Below are positions 28,405-40,765 of a stretch of DNA of 64,000 nt, piece after piece; position 1 is the first letter of the stretch, and every line of letters begins with the position of its first letter. Made by a program: the position numbers and the translations under genes. Origin of the DNA: Octopus vulgaris (Eukaryota); the NCBI GenBank assembly GCA_951406725.2, contig OX597814.1:65782001-65846000 (forward strand), in the 5' to 3' direction. The notes beneath the pieces are model-generated. The model was not told where the DNA came from. It did not search any database and saw nothing but the letters and a program-made list of their open reading frames with translations.

Positions 28405-28781
28405 CTTTTCTACGCTAGGCACAAGACCCGAAATTTGTTGATTAGATCGACCCCAGTACGCAACTGGTACTTAACTTATCGACCCCGGAAGGATGAAGAG
28501 AAAGTCGATCTCGGTGGAATTTGAACTCAGAACGTAAAGACAGATGAAATACCTCTTTCTTTACAACCCACAAGGAGCTAAACACAAAGGGGAAAACAAG
28601 AACAGGCAAACGGATTAATTCGATTACATCGACCCCAGTGCGTAACTGGTACTTAATTTATCGACCCCGAAAGGATGAGAGGCAAAGTCGATCTCGGCGG
28701 AATTTGAATTCAGAACGTAACGGCAGACGAAATACCGCTAAGCCTTTCGCCAGGCGTGCTAGCGTTTCAACCAGCTCGCCG
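28405..28781 (-). mobile_element. SINE family B, partial tandem duplication
   Basis: Two copies of tcgaccccagt..ggtactt..gaccc..aaggatga..aaagtcga; head ggcgagctgg. Confidence 0.85.
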
Positions 28782-28822
<41 letters not shown>

Positions 28823-28831
28823 AACAACAAC

Positions 28832-28899
<68 letters not shown>

Positions 28900-28901
<2 letters not shown>

Positions 28902-29470
28902 CCCTGATGCAGTACCAGGCAGTGGCTCTCTTGGCTTCTGATCTTAACTGATTGGAAGTGTTATCATGTACATTGTTTTGTCTTGGTATAAAAGATGGGC
29001 TACAACAAATATTCTGCTCAATACCACAGATTTGCTTGTCAGTTATTTGACCATAACCAGTTGAGCATGTCCCTTAGTGGCTGACGATATGTGCATCTCT
29101 GATCACGAGCAGAAGTAGTGGGGGAGTATCATGGCCATGTGTTGGGGGGGATTCTTTGGGGTTTGAATAATTCACCTCTGGAAACATGGGTGGTTCTTTC
29201 AACATCCTTAAACAACCCTTATTCAGAGACCTTTTGAGCGGGATGGGCTACTCAATCTGAAGAAAATTCTAACTGGGCCCCACCTGCAAGGTCATGTGCT
29301 GTTTATCTTGATATGAGATCACCATGTCGCGCACATATGGTTGTGATGCATGTGCCTGGTGTACCTTTATCAGACGGGTAGTCATGATGGGTATATTGGG
29401 CTTCGTATATTTTACCCCAGTGTCACTTTGATGGCATGCACTGCTCTCTCACTCAATAATAATGATAATA
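28900..29470 (+). mobile_element. Retroelement 3' fragment ending in ctctctcactc(AAT)n, inserted in (AAT)n
   Basis: The same terminus occurs inverted at 51858-51945, also abutting (AAT)n. Confidence 0.65.
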
Positions 29471-31334
29471 ATAAAATAATTAAGAATAAAAATTACGGTA
29501 GGAAAAGATCCAATATTAATAAAGGCAACATTAACAAAAAAGTAAATATGAATAATAAAAAGAATAGACCAACAAATATTGTTTGGCATATTGCCTTATT
29601 CTCATTTTCAATAGCTATCACTATCCCTCTAAAATTCTTTGTTGCACTACATAGGTATTTTCCACCTTCAAGCAAATATGGGAAATCACCACAGTATGAA
29701 GTTTTCGCATTCGGCCACTAGAAATTTAGCTGAAATTATAGCAGCCCACAATAAACAGAGAATTAGGGAATATCTCAATTCTAAATCTATAAACAAAAGA
29801 GAACAGATAATGTGTATTGTGAAATTAACCCTAATGATTATCTTTCTGAACTAGTTTTCGATATTATAATTTACAACTCTGATAATATAGTTAGGTTATC
29901 ACCTAACGTTAATGTTAATTGTAATAATGATTAATTTCACTTTACCGTCTAATTTGGGGACGAGAACTAATAGAAATTCTTTTAGCTATGAGAATCAAAT
30001 ACAAGTGAATAAATACTTGTGTAATTATAAAAACAAAATTGTATACCCCCTAGAAAATCAGTGTTTAAGGGAAAATGTAGTCAATTAGAGTAAGATAATA
30101 ACAGAGGATCGTAAGTATTATTACATTGCTCCGTCTGCTACAATTTGGAAATCTAGATTTCACAATCATTCTTATTCATTTAAGTATATAAGAAAAAGTA
30201 ATTCTTCAAATCTTAGTAAATGCATTTGAGATTTAAAAGAAAAGAACATTAAGTATGATTTAAAGTCGTCCATTATTACTTATGCACCATCGTGCAATAT
30301 TAGTAATTCTACATGTTATGTTTGCCTTCAAGAAATGTTTTATATAATTACTTCTAAATTAATTTTCTGGAATTTCAATGAAAAATTTACAATAAGATGT
30401 AGCCATAAATTTCGAAAGACATTCAATTATTTCAATTCATAATTATAATAGCTTTTCATATATTATTTAATAAGGTTAAATCTTCTAAAAAGGTTTGATA
30501 TTAATTATTGTTTGATAACTAATTATTGTGACGTAAAGTCAGTAAGTTTCTAATAATCATAACATGGAATTCTTCAGTCTATTTTTATTCTTTAGTTATT
30601 CACTGGCGTCACTAGTAGTCGAGTACAAAAGTAGCCTTTTTTTAAAGATTATATTTCTCTATATTTCTAATTGTCACGAGGCAGAATTCTTATGTTTGTT
30701 TTTCATTATCTCGTTATCCACTGACGGTCATCGATAGTTGTTTTTCTTTTTTTAATATTTTCGTTATCTATTGACGTCACCATTAATTGAATACAGTAAT
30801 GTCTTAGGCTGAATTCGCTTTAAACGTTCTTTTTGTAGGCGTATATATACTGGTAATTTTTCAGATGTTCAATTCGAATTTCATTAATTTTGGATCGCCT
30901 TGATAAAGTTATATTAACATACATTTTCGGAAATATTGATATTAATTTTAATGATATTTTATGTGCATATATGTATATAGGTGGTGGGTATTAGTATGTG
31001 TGTGTGCAGGTGCATGTATGTGTCTATTTGTGTTTGTGTGTGTGTACGTTTGTGTGTGTGTACGTTTGTGTGTGTGTACGTTTGTGTGTATATGTGGTGG
31101 GGATATTATTCATTGTTATTGTGGAGCACAGGATATTCGGGATATTAAGTGGGTATGTGTGAGTATGCATGTATGTACATTAATGCTATAAAAATAATTG
31201 CTTTGTTGATATCTGCAGCTAAGATTTTCTAATCCCTTTTTTATTTATCTATTTATCTATACATGCATACATGCATACATACATATATATAAACATACAT
31301 ATACATATATATGTGTGTGTACATATATATATCA

Positions 31335-32030
31335 AAGGTAGAACAGGAAGAACACAACATACAGAAACAGTCAAAACACAACATGCAGAAAAATGACAAT
31401 CGCACGATGACCGCAAATAGGAAACAACAAGATACATAGATCATTCGTAGCCTCTTCAGTCGGAGTTCAGAATCTCTCTGTAGTTTCGCCCACTTATCTC
31501 CGATACTACTCGAAACTGGCTGAGCCAGGGACTTAAGCTAAGAGCATTAAGCTTTGGGAAAGACAGACGAATGTACATGTACAAAAACAAATAAGAAACC
31601 AATAGAAGTGTCTTTCGACTACTGAAGTAACGTAACATATGAAATAGAATTATACGTATACAGTGGACAAACGCCCTTCGGCTATAAAACAAAAGGAAAA
31701 TAATTATACAATTACAACTGAAATGAAACAAAACAAACAGAGTCTCTCGACTATCAGATGCATGTAGTAAGCTAGCGCAAGGAAAATGGAAATGGAAACA
31801 TTTTAACAAACCGAGAGGTAGGACAGAACAGTACAGTCGCGATCAGCCTCAGAGGCGGCCGGTCGAAATAGGATGACAATACCTGAATCGGACAGCGACA
31901 ACGTGGTATAGGTGGAGCTGAAGAGGTGAGACTAAGGAATAGGAGAGAGGGGAAAGAAAATCAGAGGGACCAAATATAGAGAGGGAGGGTGAGAGAGAGA
32001 AAAAGCTACAAGGGAGGTAAGTGAGAAAAG
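31335..32030 (-). mobile_element. Probable PLE-type 3'/terminal fragment (family also at 62820-63000, 63845-63985, 53350-53400)
   Basis: Shared ..gccGAAA..(a/g)ctGAAGA..CGAATG.. block and T-rich tail among copies, flanked by (TA)n. Classification is an inference. Confidence 0.4.
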
Positions 32031-32114
32031 TATATAAATTCATTCTTATAGTTATATAAAATTTCATCAATTTCTGTCATTCATCACTTTCTATATACAT
32101 ACATATACATAAAT

Positions 32115-32201
<87 letters not shown>

Positions 32202-32255
32202 TAGATAGATAGATAGATAGATAGACAGATATAGAGATAGATATACATATACATA

Positions 32256-32335
<80 letters not shown>

Positions 32336-33605
32336 CGAGGGACGTTCAATAAGTAATGCCCCTGACCCAATTGCATGTGCAATTATTTATATCTCTATAG
32401 ATTAAGTGACAAATTACAACTCTGAACTAATTGTGGTTTCTGATTTACAAGTGTTTGAACTGAGTCGAGTGTGAAATGGAGCCTGTTGAGTGTCGAGCAG
32501 TGATACGGTTTTTGTATTTGAAAGGACGCACACCACGGGAGACTTTTGATGAAATGAAAGTAACTTATGGTGATGATGCCCCTTCATATGACCTTGTAAA
32601 ACGCTGGCACCGTGAATTCAAACATGGTCGGAACGCTGTGGAAACAGCTCCCAGATCTGGTAGCCCCCCCACCTTCTACCATTGATGAGGCATCTGTCCG
32701 TTAAGTTGAGGCTGCCATTTTGGAAGATCGACGCATAACTATTCACCAAATAGCCCATGAGGTCAAGATTAGTACCGGGTCTGTGGAAACTATCATTCAT
32801 GACCATTTGCATATGCAAAAGGTGTCTGCCAGATGGATTCCCAGGCTGCTCACACCTTTCCAGAAGTAAGAACGTGTCGAGTGCTCAAGGATGAATTTGG
32901 AGATGTGCCAAGAAGATGAGTCAAAATTTTTCAAAAGACTGATTACACAGAATGAAACCTGGGTCCATCACTATGATCCAGAGACCAAAGCCTAGTCAAT
33001 GCAGTGGAAGCACTGTGACTCACCTCCTCCAGAGAAGGCAAGGGTGCAGCCCTCCGCTGGCAAGGTCATGCTCACAGTCTTCTGGGAGCAGGACGGAGTA
33101 GCGATGACAGATTTCCTGGCAAAGTGTACCACAATTACAGGAGCCTATTATGCTTCACTTCTGATGAAATTAAGAGAAGCTATCAAAATCAAGAGGCGGG
33201 GCAAGATCAGCAAAAGTATCCTCCCCCTGCAGGACAACGGTCCGGTCCACAACACGCGTGTCGCCAGATCAGAAGCACAGGCGTGCGGCTATGAACTCCT
33301 CCCCCATCCCCACTACTCTCCTGACCTTGCACCCTCTGATTTTCACCTCTTCCCAGCCATGAAGTTGTTTTTGAAAGGAAGGCGTTTCCCAGCCGATGCA
33401 GCCTTGATTTCTGAAGTCACGTCGTGGTTGGAGGACCAATCTGGGGTCTTCTACAAAAACGGTCTCAAGAACTGCATCAAATGATTGGAGAAATGCGTAA
33501 CTCCGGGTGGTTCCTATGTAGAAAAGGACTAATAACTGTGCCAAGTTTCGTTGCTCTACTTCTATGGGAAGTGGGTCAGGGGCATTACTTATTGAACGCC
33601 CCTCG
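32336..33605 (+). mobile_element. Full-length mariner (irritans-like), 1270 bp, near-perfect TIRs
   Basis: TA|cgagggacgttcaataagtaatgcccctgaccca ... tgggtcaggggcattacttattgaacgcccctcg|TA. Confidence 0.97.
32476..33532 (+). pseudogene. Mariner DD34D transposase with a frameshift near 32665 and several stops
   Basis: MEPVECRAVIRFLYLKG, WIPRLL, ITQNETW (first D lost), QDNGPVH, YSPDLAPSDFHLF, GGSYVEKD*. Confidence 0.93.
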
Positions 33606-33617
33606 TATATATATATA

Positions 33618-33839
33618 CTTTATTTAAAAGCAGCAAAAATACCATAAAAACTTACTCAGAGTTTCACGTTCCCATTCGTTTTGTTTAGAATTCTGAACAA
33701 AACTATCCGACGAACGAGAAAGTGAAAGTCTGAGTAACAGTTTTTGCGATATTTTGCTGCTTTTTAATCATTTTATTACTCTACCTCTGGTATTCGAGTA
33801 CTGTTTTCGCACCTCGTTTCGCGTTTATGTGCTTAATCT

Positions 33840-33840
<1 letters not shown>
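33618..33840. mobile_element. Small HHR foldback element (same family as 24399) abutting the mariner TIR
   Basis: Left arm aaaagcagcaaaaat..ttactcagagtttcacgttccc is the reverse complement of the right arm, which carries CCGACGA (33707)..GAAA..gagTAacag. Confidence 0.7.
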
Positions 33841-33878
<38 letters not shown>

Positions 33879-34055
33879 ACAGCCATATGCTAGAAGTAGA
33901 TCACATACGATCAAACTACAAAGGGTTTTTAGCCCTAAATATACACATGCATTGGAATTTTCTCTGATTTTTCAGATTTTTATATACTAGGCTACTGGTT
34001 TTAAATTGATATTAATTGAATTAATATACAATTTATCTTCCTCATTATTTAAATG

Positions 34056-34108
<53 letters not shown>

Positions 34109-34287
34109 CATGTTTTTAAGCCGAAAAAGATCTTCACAAACTCTTGTTAAGATCTGTGAAGATTATTTCGATTTTAATGAAAAAGCATAATACTCTACTT
34201 TTGATATTTGAGTACTATATTTTCCGCCTTGTTTTGCACTTATATACTTACATATATGTGTATGTATATGTATCACTCTTACCACCT

Positions 34288-36029
34288 CCATTTACTACAA
34301 ACACACAGACTCACACTCATACCTAAACTTCTCTTCCTCCCACCTCAAACACACCAAGCTTTCCATCCCCTATTCCCAATTCCTCCATCTATGTAGGCTC
34401 TGTAGTGACGACCATGACCTTGAGACTCAGTCTCAACTCATGGCTCGCCACTTCATCCTACGTGGATACCCCCTCACCACTATCCACACCGCCCTTGCCA
34501 GAGCACTTTCCGCAGACCGAGCATGTGCTCTCTCCCCGCGAACCCGCCCTGTAGTCTCCCGCCTCCCTTTTCCCCTCACTTACCACCCCACGACCCTACC
34601 TCTCCAACGCACCATTCTTCGAGCTTTCCGGCATCTCCAGTCCACCCGTCCACTTCACACCTCTTCCCTAACCGACCCTTCCCCTCCTCCAAACGAGCCC
34701 ATAACCTACGAGACCTCTTGGTCCGCAGCTCCTTCCCTGACCCTACCTCCCAACCTGGCTCGTTCCCCTGCTCCCGCCCACGTTGCCGCACTTGCCCTTA
34801 CCTCTCCAACACCACCCTCCTCACTGGCACCCATCACCGACCCTATCGCATCATCAACTCCTTCACCTGCATCTCCAGCAATATCATCTATTGTATTTCC
34901 TGCTCTCTCTCTGCCATTCCCTGTACATCGGACAAACGGGACGCCGCTTGGCTGACCGGTTCGCGGAACACCTCCGTGACATCCACCTTGCCAATAACAC
35001 ACCGGTCTCACGCCATTTCCGTTCCACCGGTGACTCCTTGCAACACCTGTCTGTGTTCGGATTGTCCTTGGACAGAGGCCATCCGGATTTCCGTTTGCGC
35101 CGTGAACAGGGATTAATCTTCTCTCTTCGCTCTTTTACGTCATTTGGTCTCAACTCTCCCCCCACTTCTCATCTAACCTCCCCCCGACTCCTACTTCTCT
35201 TCAATCCTTCATCTTTTCACCCCTACTCTCTTTCCCTCCTCTTCTTTCCTCTTTCTTCTTCCCTCTTCTCCTTCTCTCTTTCTCTCTGCTCCCTCACTCC
35301 CCTTCTCTCCCGCTCCCCCTCTTCCTCTCCTCTCCTTTCCCATCCCCTTCCACTTCTCCTCTCCTTCCTCCCCCTGTCCCCCTCCCCTTCCCTCTCCTCT
35401 CCTCTCCTTCCTTCTCCGCCACCTCACCCCCTCATCTCATCTCCTCTTTCCCCTCCCACTCATCTCTCCTCCCCTCTCCCTCATCTCTCTTCCCTCCTCC
35501 ACTCCTCTCTCTTCTCTCCGCCTTTCACTCTCCCCACAAACCCCACTCTACCCCAAGCCCCAGCCGAACCCACACCCCACATGGGCTTTCCCCACCTCCC
35601 CACCTCCCCACAACATCACACCACACTACACTACACCATACGACATTACACATCACATCATACATACATACACACGTCCAGACCTTTCATACGCACATAT
35701 ATACTCTCTCATACACACACGCACCCTTATGTTGGGGCGAGGTCATTTGACCCTGTTATCTCCCAAACTATCCCTCTTGCGTCTAACGTCTGATCTCTGA
35801 CTTCTGGCCGAAATCAGACCGCCATGTTGAATCGTTAGCTCCTGCGCGTATTTTTCTTCTCTCCTTGCTTCTCTCCGTGTTTCTTTTCTGTGTATCTTTC
35901 TGTTGAAGAGCGTAGGCTCGAAACGTAAAAGACTTGTTTTATTTCTATTCCTGAGCGCCATACTAATACAATTGTTTGTTTGTACTCCACCTGCCTTCGT
36001 CTTTTGTTTATTTTCGTAAAGCTTCCCAT

Positions 36030-36030
<1 letters not shown>
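34288..36030 (+). mobile_element. Neptune-like Penelope element 3' half (RT thumb, Cys linker, GIY-YIG, pyrimidine-rich 3' region, terminal repeat)
   Basis: YYKHTDSHSYLNFSSSH..KLSIPYSQFL..CS..FILRGYP; PCSRPRCRTC; FTCISSNIIYCISC/..YIGQTGRRLADRFAEHLRDI, with frameshifts. Confidence 0.9.
35895..35932 (+). ncRNA. Minimal PLE-type hammerhead-like motif with atypical core
   Basis: tcttt-CTGTTGA-a-gagc(gtag)gctc-GAAA-cg-TA-aaaga; core position A6 is U. Confidence 0.5.
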
Positions 36031-36103
<73 letters not shown>

Positions 36104-36354
36104 GATCAATAAATGGTGGGGTTGTGTTGACCGCACGTGGAGAAATGATAAGCAAGGAAAAATTGTAAAAATGCAGAATGCTAGATTGAAAGAAAATTTT
36201 AATGAAATGAGAAATTGAAAAAATATATAAATATATATTTATTCAAACCGGTTTTCGTCATAGTGTGACAAATGAAGCTAAAATGATAATTTTATAATTT
36301 TGGGTTTATTAGCAGCCTTTATTACAGGGGATTTTGTGAAACAAAAATTGAAGA

Positions 36355-36444
36355 ACTTGGGCAAGTGTCTTCTACTATAGCCTCGGGCCGACCAAAGCCT
36401 TGTGAGTAGATTTGGTAGACGGAAACTGAAAGAAGCCCGTCGTA

Positions 36445-36498
<54 letters not shown>

Positions 36499-36727
36499 CG
36501 TGTGTGTGTTTGTGTGTCTGTGTTTGTCCCCCTAGCATTGCTTGACAACCGGTACTGGTGTGCTTATGTCACCGTTACTTAGCGGTTCGGCAAAAGAGAC
36601 CGATGGAATAAGTACTGGGCTTACAAAAGAATAAGTCCCGGGGTAGAGTTGCTCGATTAAAGGCGGTGCTCCAGCATGGCTGCAGTCAAATGACTGAAAT
36701 AAGTAAAATAGTAAAAGAGTAAAAGAG
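36355..36727 (+). mobile_element. SINE family A, 5'-truncated
   Basis: cttgggcaagtgtcttctactatagcc.. to an (aaagagt)n tail. Confidence 0.9.
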
Positions 36728-36834
36728 TATATATATATATATATATATATAGGTCCCGGGTTGATTCGGGGTTAACCACAGTAAATAAGGTACTCAATAC
36801 ATAGCAGAGTAAAATTAATTTATTATATAGAAGG

Positions 36835-36885
36835 AGCTTCTACAGGACTAGAACTGTTTCATTCAAGAGAAATCATCAGGAAGCT
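36835..36885 (-). ncRNA. Type I hammerhead ribozyme
   Basis: Reverse complement: agcttc-CTGATGA-tttc(tctt)gaat-GAAA-cag(ttctagtc)ctg-TA-gaagct. Confidence 0.8.
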
Positions 36886-36980
36886 AGTTAACAAGAATTG
36901 TATTGGCATTTATACATTTAGGCAGGTTTAAAGGGGTGGTGGTGGGGGACATTTTTGGTACACATATGTATATATATATG

Positions 36981-37013
<33 letters not shown>

Positions 37014-37395
37014 GTATGTGTATATATGGACTTGTGTGTGCATGTGTGTTTGTAGATATGTGTGTGTATGTGTGTATGTATATGTGTGTGTGTGTATGTA
37101 TGTGTGTATGCATATGTGTGCGTGTGTGTGTATATATATACATATGTGTATATGTATAAGTGAGAATCTCCTTATTTACCTAAAACTCTATTCTTCTATA
37201 TATTTTTCTATATTATTTTTTATTCTTTTATTTTATTTATTCTTTTATTTATTCTTTTATCTATTTTACCACTGACTCCTTGACCACTCCCCCAAGTATG
37301 ATATTTTTGCGCTATGCCTACCCCCAAAAAGTCCCCCACCACCACCCCTTTAAACCTGCCTAAATGTATAAATGCCAATACAATTCTTGTTAACT

Positions 37396-37446
37396 AGCTT
37401 CCTGATGATTTCTCTTGAATGAAACAGTTCTAGTCCTGTAGAAGAT
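37396..37446 (+). ncRNA. Type I hammerhead ribozyme (mirror copy, one helix I mismatch)
   Basis: agcttc-CTGATGA-tttctcttgaat-GAAA-cagttctagtcctg-TA-gaagat. Confidence 0.75.
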
Positions 37447-37457
37447 CCTTCTATATA

Positions 37458-37522
<65 letters not shown>

Positions 37523-37542
37523 CATATCAAAAATCAAAAATA

Positions 37543-37576
<34 letters not shown>

Positions 37577-37577
37577 C

Positions 37578-37671
<94 letters not shown>

Positions 37672-37692
37672 ATATATATATATATATATATA

Positions 37693-38097
37693 TACTCTTT
37701 TACCTTTTTAATTTTTTTTTACTCTTTACATATTTCAGACTATTTGACTGCGCCCATGCTGGAGCACCGCCTTTAAGACCCAGGACTTATTCTTTGTAAA
37801 CCTAGTACTTATTCCATTAGTCTCTTTTGCCGAAACGCTAAGTTACGGGGACATAAACACACCCGTGTCGGTTGTCAAGTGATGTTGGAGGGATAAACAC
37901 AGTCACACAAACATATACACACACATATATATATACACGACGGGCTTCTGTCAGTTTCCGTCTACCAAATCCACTCACAAGGCTTTGGTCGGCCCGGGGC
38001 TATTTTAGAGACACTTGCCCAAGGTGCTTCGCAGTGGGTCTGAACCCAGAACCATGTGACTGGTAAGCAAGCTACTTACCATACAGCCACTCCTGCG

Positions 38098-38100
<3 letters not shown>
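37693..38100 (-). mobile_element. SINE family A, full length
   Basis: Head (reverse complement) aggcgcaggagtggctgtatgg..gggttcagaccc. Confidence 0.9.
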
Positions 38101-38146
<46 letters not shown>

Positions 38147-38265
38147 CAATCAAGGAACGGCCATAATAGGCCATTCACCCACTAGAAATAACAGCCAAAA
38201 GCTTTAACCGCAAAATAACGTCAATTCCGTAAACCAGGAAAAAATTGAAAAACATTTACCCTGTA

Positions 38266-38372
38266 ATTTCTTAGACGATGCACCGTTTCATCTTCTGTTT
38301 AATGGAAAACTAACCTGATTAAATTAAATCAAGCCAATCTACCATAGGCCCTTAGATTCATCAGTAAGAAAT
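38266..38372 (-). ncRNA. Type I hammerhead ribozyme, array copy 1
   Basis: Reverse complement: atttctta-CTGATGA-atct..agat-GAAA-cggtgcatcg-TC-taagaaat. Confidence 0.88.
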
Positions 38373-38754
38373 AGCCAAGCCAGAACAGATATTTTTCACG
38401 AGGCATTCTCGTTGCTACCTCGTCAATATCTGACCTAAAATTTTCAAATCGTCGCACTCGCGCCAAATTTATCGGCAGCAAATAAATATAAGCCGCCGAT
38501 TCCATTACGGAATTAACCAGAAAATTCATAATTAATCAATATAGGGTGGCAAAAAAATTTTGTAGAATTCTTTTGCCACCAGCGGCTAGTGGGAAGAAAT
38601 TAAATAGTCATAAACCATTTTTAAGTTCAACATCACAATCAAGGAACGGCCATAATAGGCCATTCACCCACTAGAAATAACAGCCAAAAGCTTTAACCGC
38701 AAAATAACGTCAATTCCGTAAACCAGGAGAAAATTGAAAAACATTTACCCTGTA

Positions 38755-38861
38755 ATTTCTTAGACGATGCACTGTTTCATCTTCTGTTTAATGGAAAACT
38801 AACCTGATTAAATTAAATCAAGCCAATCTACCATAGGCCCTTAGATTCATCAGTAAGAAAT
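38755..38861 (-). ncRNA. Type I hammerhead ribozyme, array copy 2 (helix III G>A variant)
   Basis: As copy 1, but GAAA-cagtgcatcg-TC. Confidence 0.8.
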
Positions 38862-39245
38862 AGCCAAGCCAGAACAGATATTTTTCACGAGGCATTCTCG
38901 TTGCTACCTCGTCAATATCTGACCTAAAATTTTCAAATCGTCGCACTCGCGCCAAATTTATCGGCAGCAAATAAATATAAGCCGCCGATTCCATTACGGA
39001 ATTAACCAGAAAATTCATAATTAATCAATATAGGGTGGCAAAAAAAATTTTGTAGAATTCTTTTGCCACCAGCGGCCTAGTGGGAAAAAATTAAATAGTC
39101 ATAAACCATTTTTAAGTTCAACATCACAATCAAGGAACGGCCATAATAGGCCATTCACCCACTAGAAATAACAGCCAAAAGCTTTAACCGCAAAATAACG
39201 TCAATTCCGTAAACCAGGAGAAAATTGAAAAACATTTACCCTGTA

Positions 39246-39352
39246 ATTTCTTAGACGATGCACCGTTTCAACTTCTGTTTAATGGAAAACTAACCTGATT
39301 AAATTAAATCAAGCCAATCTACCATAGGCCCTTAGATTCATCAGTAAGAAAT
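39246..39352 (-). ncRNA. Type I hammerhead ribozyme, array copy 3 (helix II mismatch)
   Basis: As copy 1, but agat>agtt before GAAA. Confidence 0.8.
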
Positions 39353-39781
39353 AGCCAAGCCAGAAAAGATATTTTTCACGAGGCATTCTCGTTGCTACCT
39401 CGTCAATATCTGACCTAAAATTTTCAAATCGTCGCACTCGCGCCAAATTTATCGGCAGCAAATAAATATAAGCCGCCGATTCCATTACGAAATTAACCAG
39501 AAAATTCATTGATTGTGATGTTGAACTTAAAAATGGTTTATGACTATTTAATTTTTTTCCCACTAGGCCGCTGGTGGCAAAAGAATTCTACAAAATTTTT
39601 TTTGCCACCCTATATTGATTAATTATGAATTTTCTGGTTAATTCCGTAATGGAATCGGCGGCTTATATTTATTTGCTGCCGATAAATTTGGCGCGAGTGC
39701 GACGATTTGAAAATTTTAGGTCAGATATTGACGAGGTAGCAACGAGAATGCCTCGTGAAAAATATCTATTCTGGCTTGGCT

Positions 39782-39888
39782 ATTTCTTACTGATGAATCT
39801 AAGGGCCTATGGTAGATTGGCTTGATTTAATTTAATCAGGTTAGTTTTCCATTAAACAGAAGATGAAACGGTGCATCGTCTAAGAAAT
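39782..39888 (+). ncRNA. Type I hammerhead ribozyme, array copy 4
   Basis: Helix I atttctta/taagaaat; CTGATGA 39790-39796; helix II 39797-39864; GAAA 39865-39868; predicted cleavage after GTC 39880. Confidence 0.9.
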
Positions 39889-40272
39889 TACAGGGTAAAT
39901 GTTTTTCAATTTTCTCCTGGTTTACGGAATTGACGTTATTTTGCGGTTAAAGCTTTTGGCTGTTATTTCTAGTGGGTGAATGGCCTATTATGGCCGTTCC
40001 TTGATTGTGATGTTGAACTTAAAAATGGTTTATGACTATTTAATTTTTTCCCACTAGGCCGCTGGTGGCAAAAGAATTCTACAAAATTTTTTTTGCCACC
40101 CTATATTGATTAATTATGAATTTTCTGGTTAATTCCGTAATGGAATCGGCGGCTTATATTTATTTGCTGCCGATAAATTTGGCGCGAGTGCGACGATTTG
40201 AAAATTTTAGGTCAGATATTGACGAGGTAGCAACGAGAATGCCTCGTGAAAAATATCTGTTCTGGCTTGGCT

Positions 40273-40379
40273 ATTTCTTACTGATGAATCTAAGGGCCTA
40301 TGGTAGATTGGCTTGATTTAATTTAATCAGGTTAGTTTTCCATTAAACAGAAGATGAAACGGTGCATCGTCTAAGAAAT
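40273..40379 (+). ncRNA. Type I hammerhead ribozyme, array copy 5
   Basis: CTGATGA 40281-40287; predicted cleavage after 40371. Confidence 0.9.
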
Positions 40380-40765
40380 TACAGGGTAAATGTTTTTCAA
40401 TTTTCTCCTGGTTTACGGAATTGACGTTATTTTGCGGTTAAAGCTTTTGGCTGTTATTTCTAGTGGGTGAATGGCCTATTATGGCCGTTCCTTGATTGTG
40501 ATGTTGAACTTAAAAATGGTTTATGACTATTTAATTTTTTCCCACTAGGCCGCTGGTGGCAAAAGAATTCTACAAAATTTTTTTTTTGCCACCCTATATT
40601 GATTAATTATGAATTTTCTGGTTAATTCCGTAATGGAATCGGCGGCTTATATTTATTTGCTGCCGATAAATTTGGCGCGAGTGCGACGATTTGAAAATTT
40701 TAGGTCAGATATTGACGAGGTAGCAACGAGAATGCCTCGTGAAAAATATCTGTTCTGGCTTGGCT

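Larger units (their letters stand above)
26250..30930 (+). mobile_element. Near-full-length degenerate Penelope-like retroelement (RT + GIY-YIG), interrupted by SINE and LINE insertions
   Basis: ADKTGN (~27115), LKDHK..VRLISPSKSDIGKISK, QLDISNYY, TMGSSDSAQLTDLVG, YIDD (27772-27783), VNFLDVTLDL..QPYHK. GIY-YIG region CNYKNK..PLENQCLRENVV..YYIA..KSRFHNH..TCYVCLQE..CSHK (30015-30440). Ends approximate. Confidence 0.88.
36752..37463. mobile_element. HHR-bearing foldback element in (TA)n; ~140-bp inverted arms 36818-36958 / 37323-37463
   Basis: Arms are near-perfect reverse complements and each carries an HHR. Confidence 0.85.

Noticed and set aside
34783-35793. 336-aa ORF as a gene
   Set aside because: Only the YIGQT..EH part is a frameshifted PLE GIY-YIG. 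The rest is read-through of a pyrimidine-rich low-complexity tract.
36355-38100. Oppositely oriented SINE A copies as arms of one large foldback
   Set aside because: The copies differ by several indels and substitutions, which fits independent insertions of a high-copy family.
39625-39825. 66-aa ORF (MNFLVNSVMESAAY...) repeated in all six array units
   Set aside because: Its conservation only reflects near-identity of the units. It has no recognisable domain and overlaps RNA helices and the HHR core. Not excluded without ribosome profiling.
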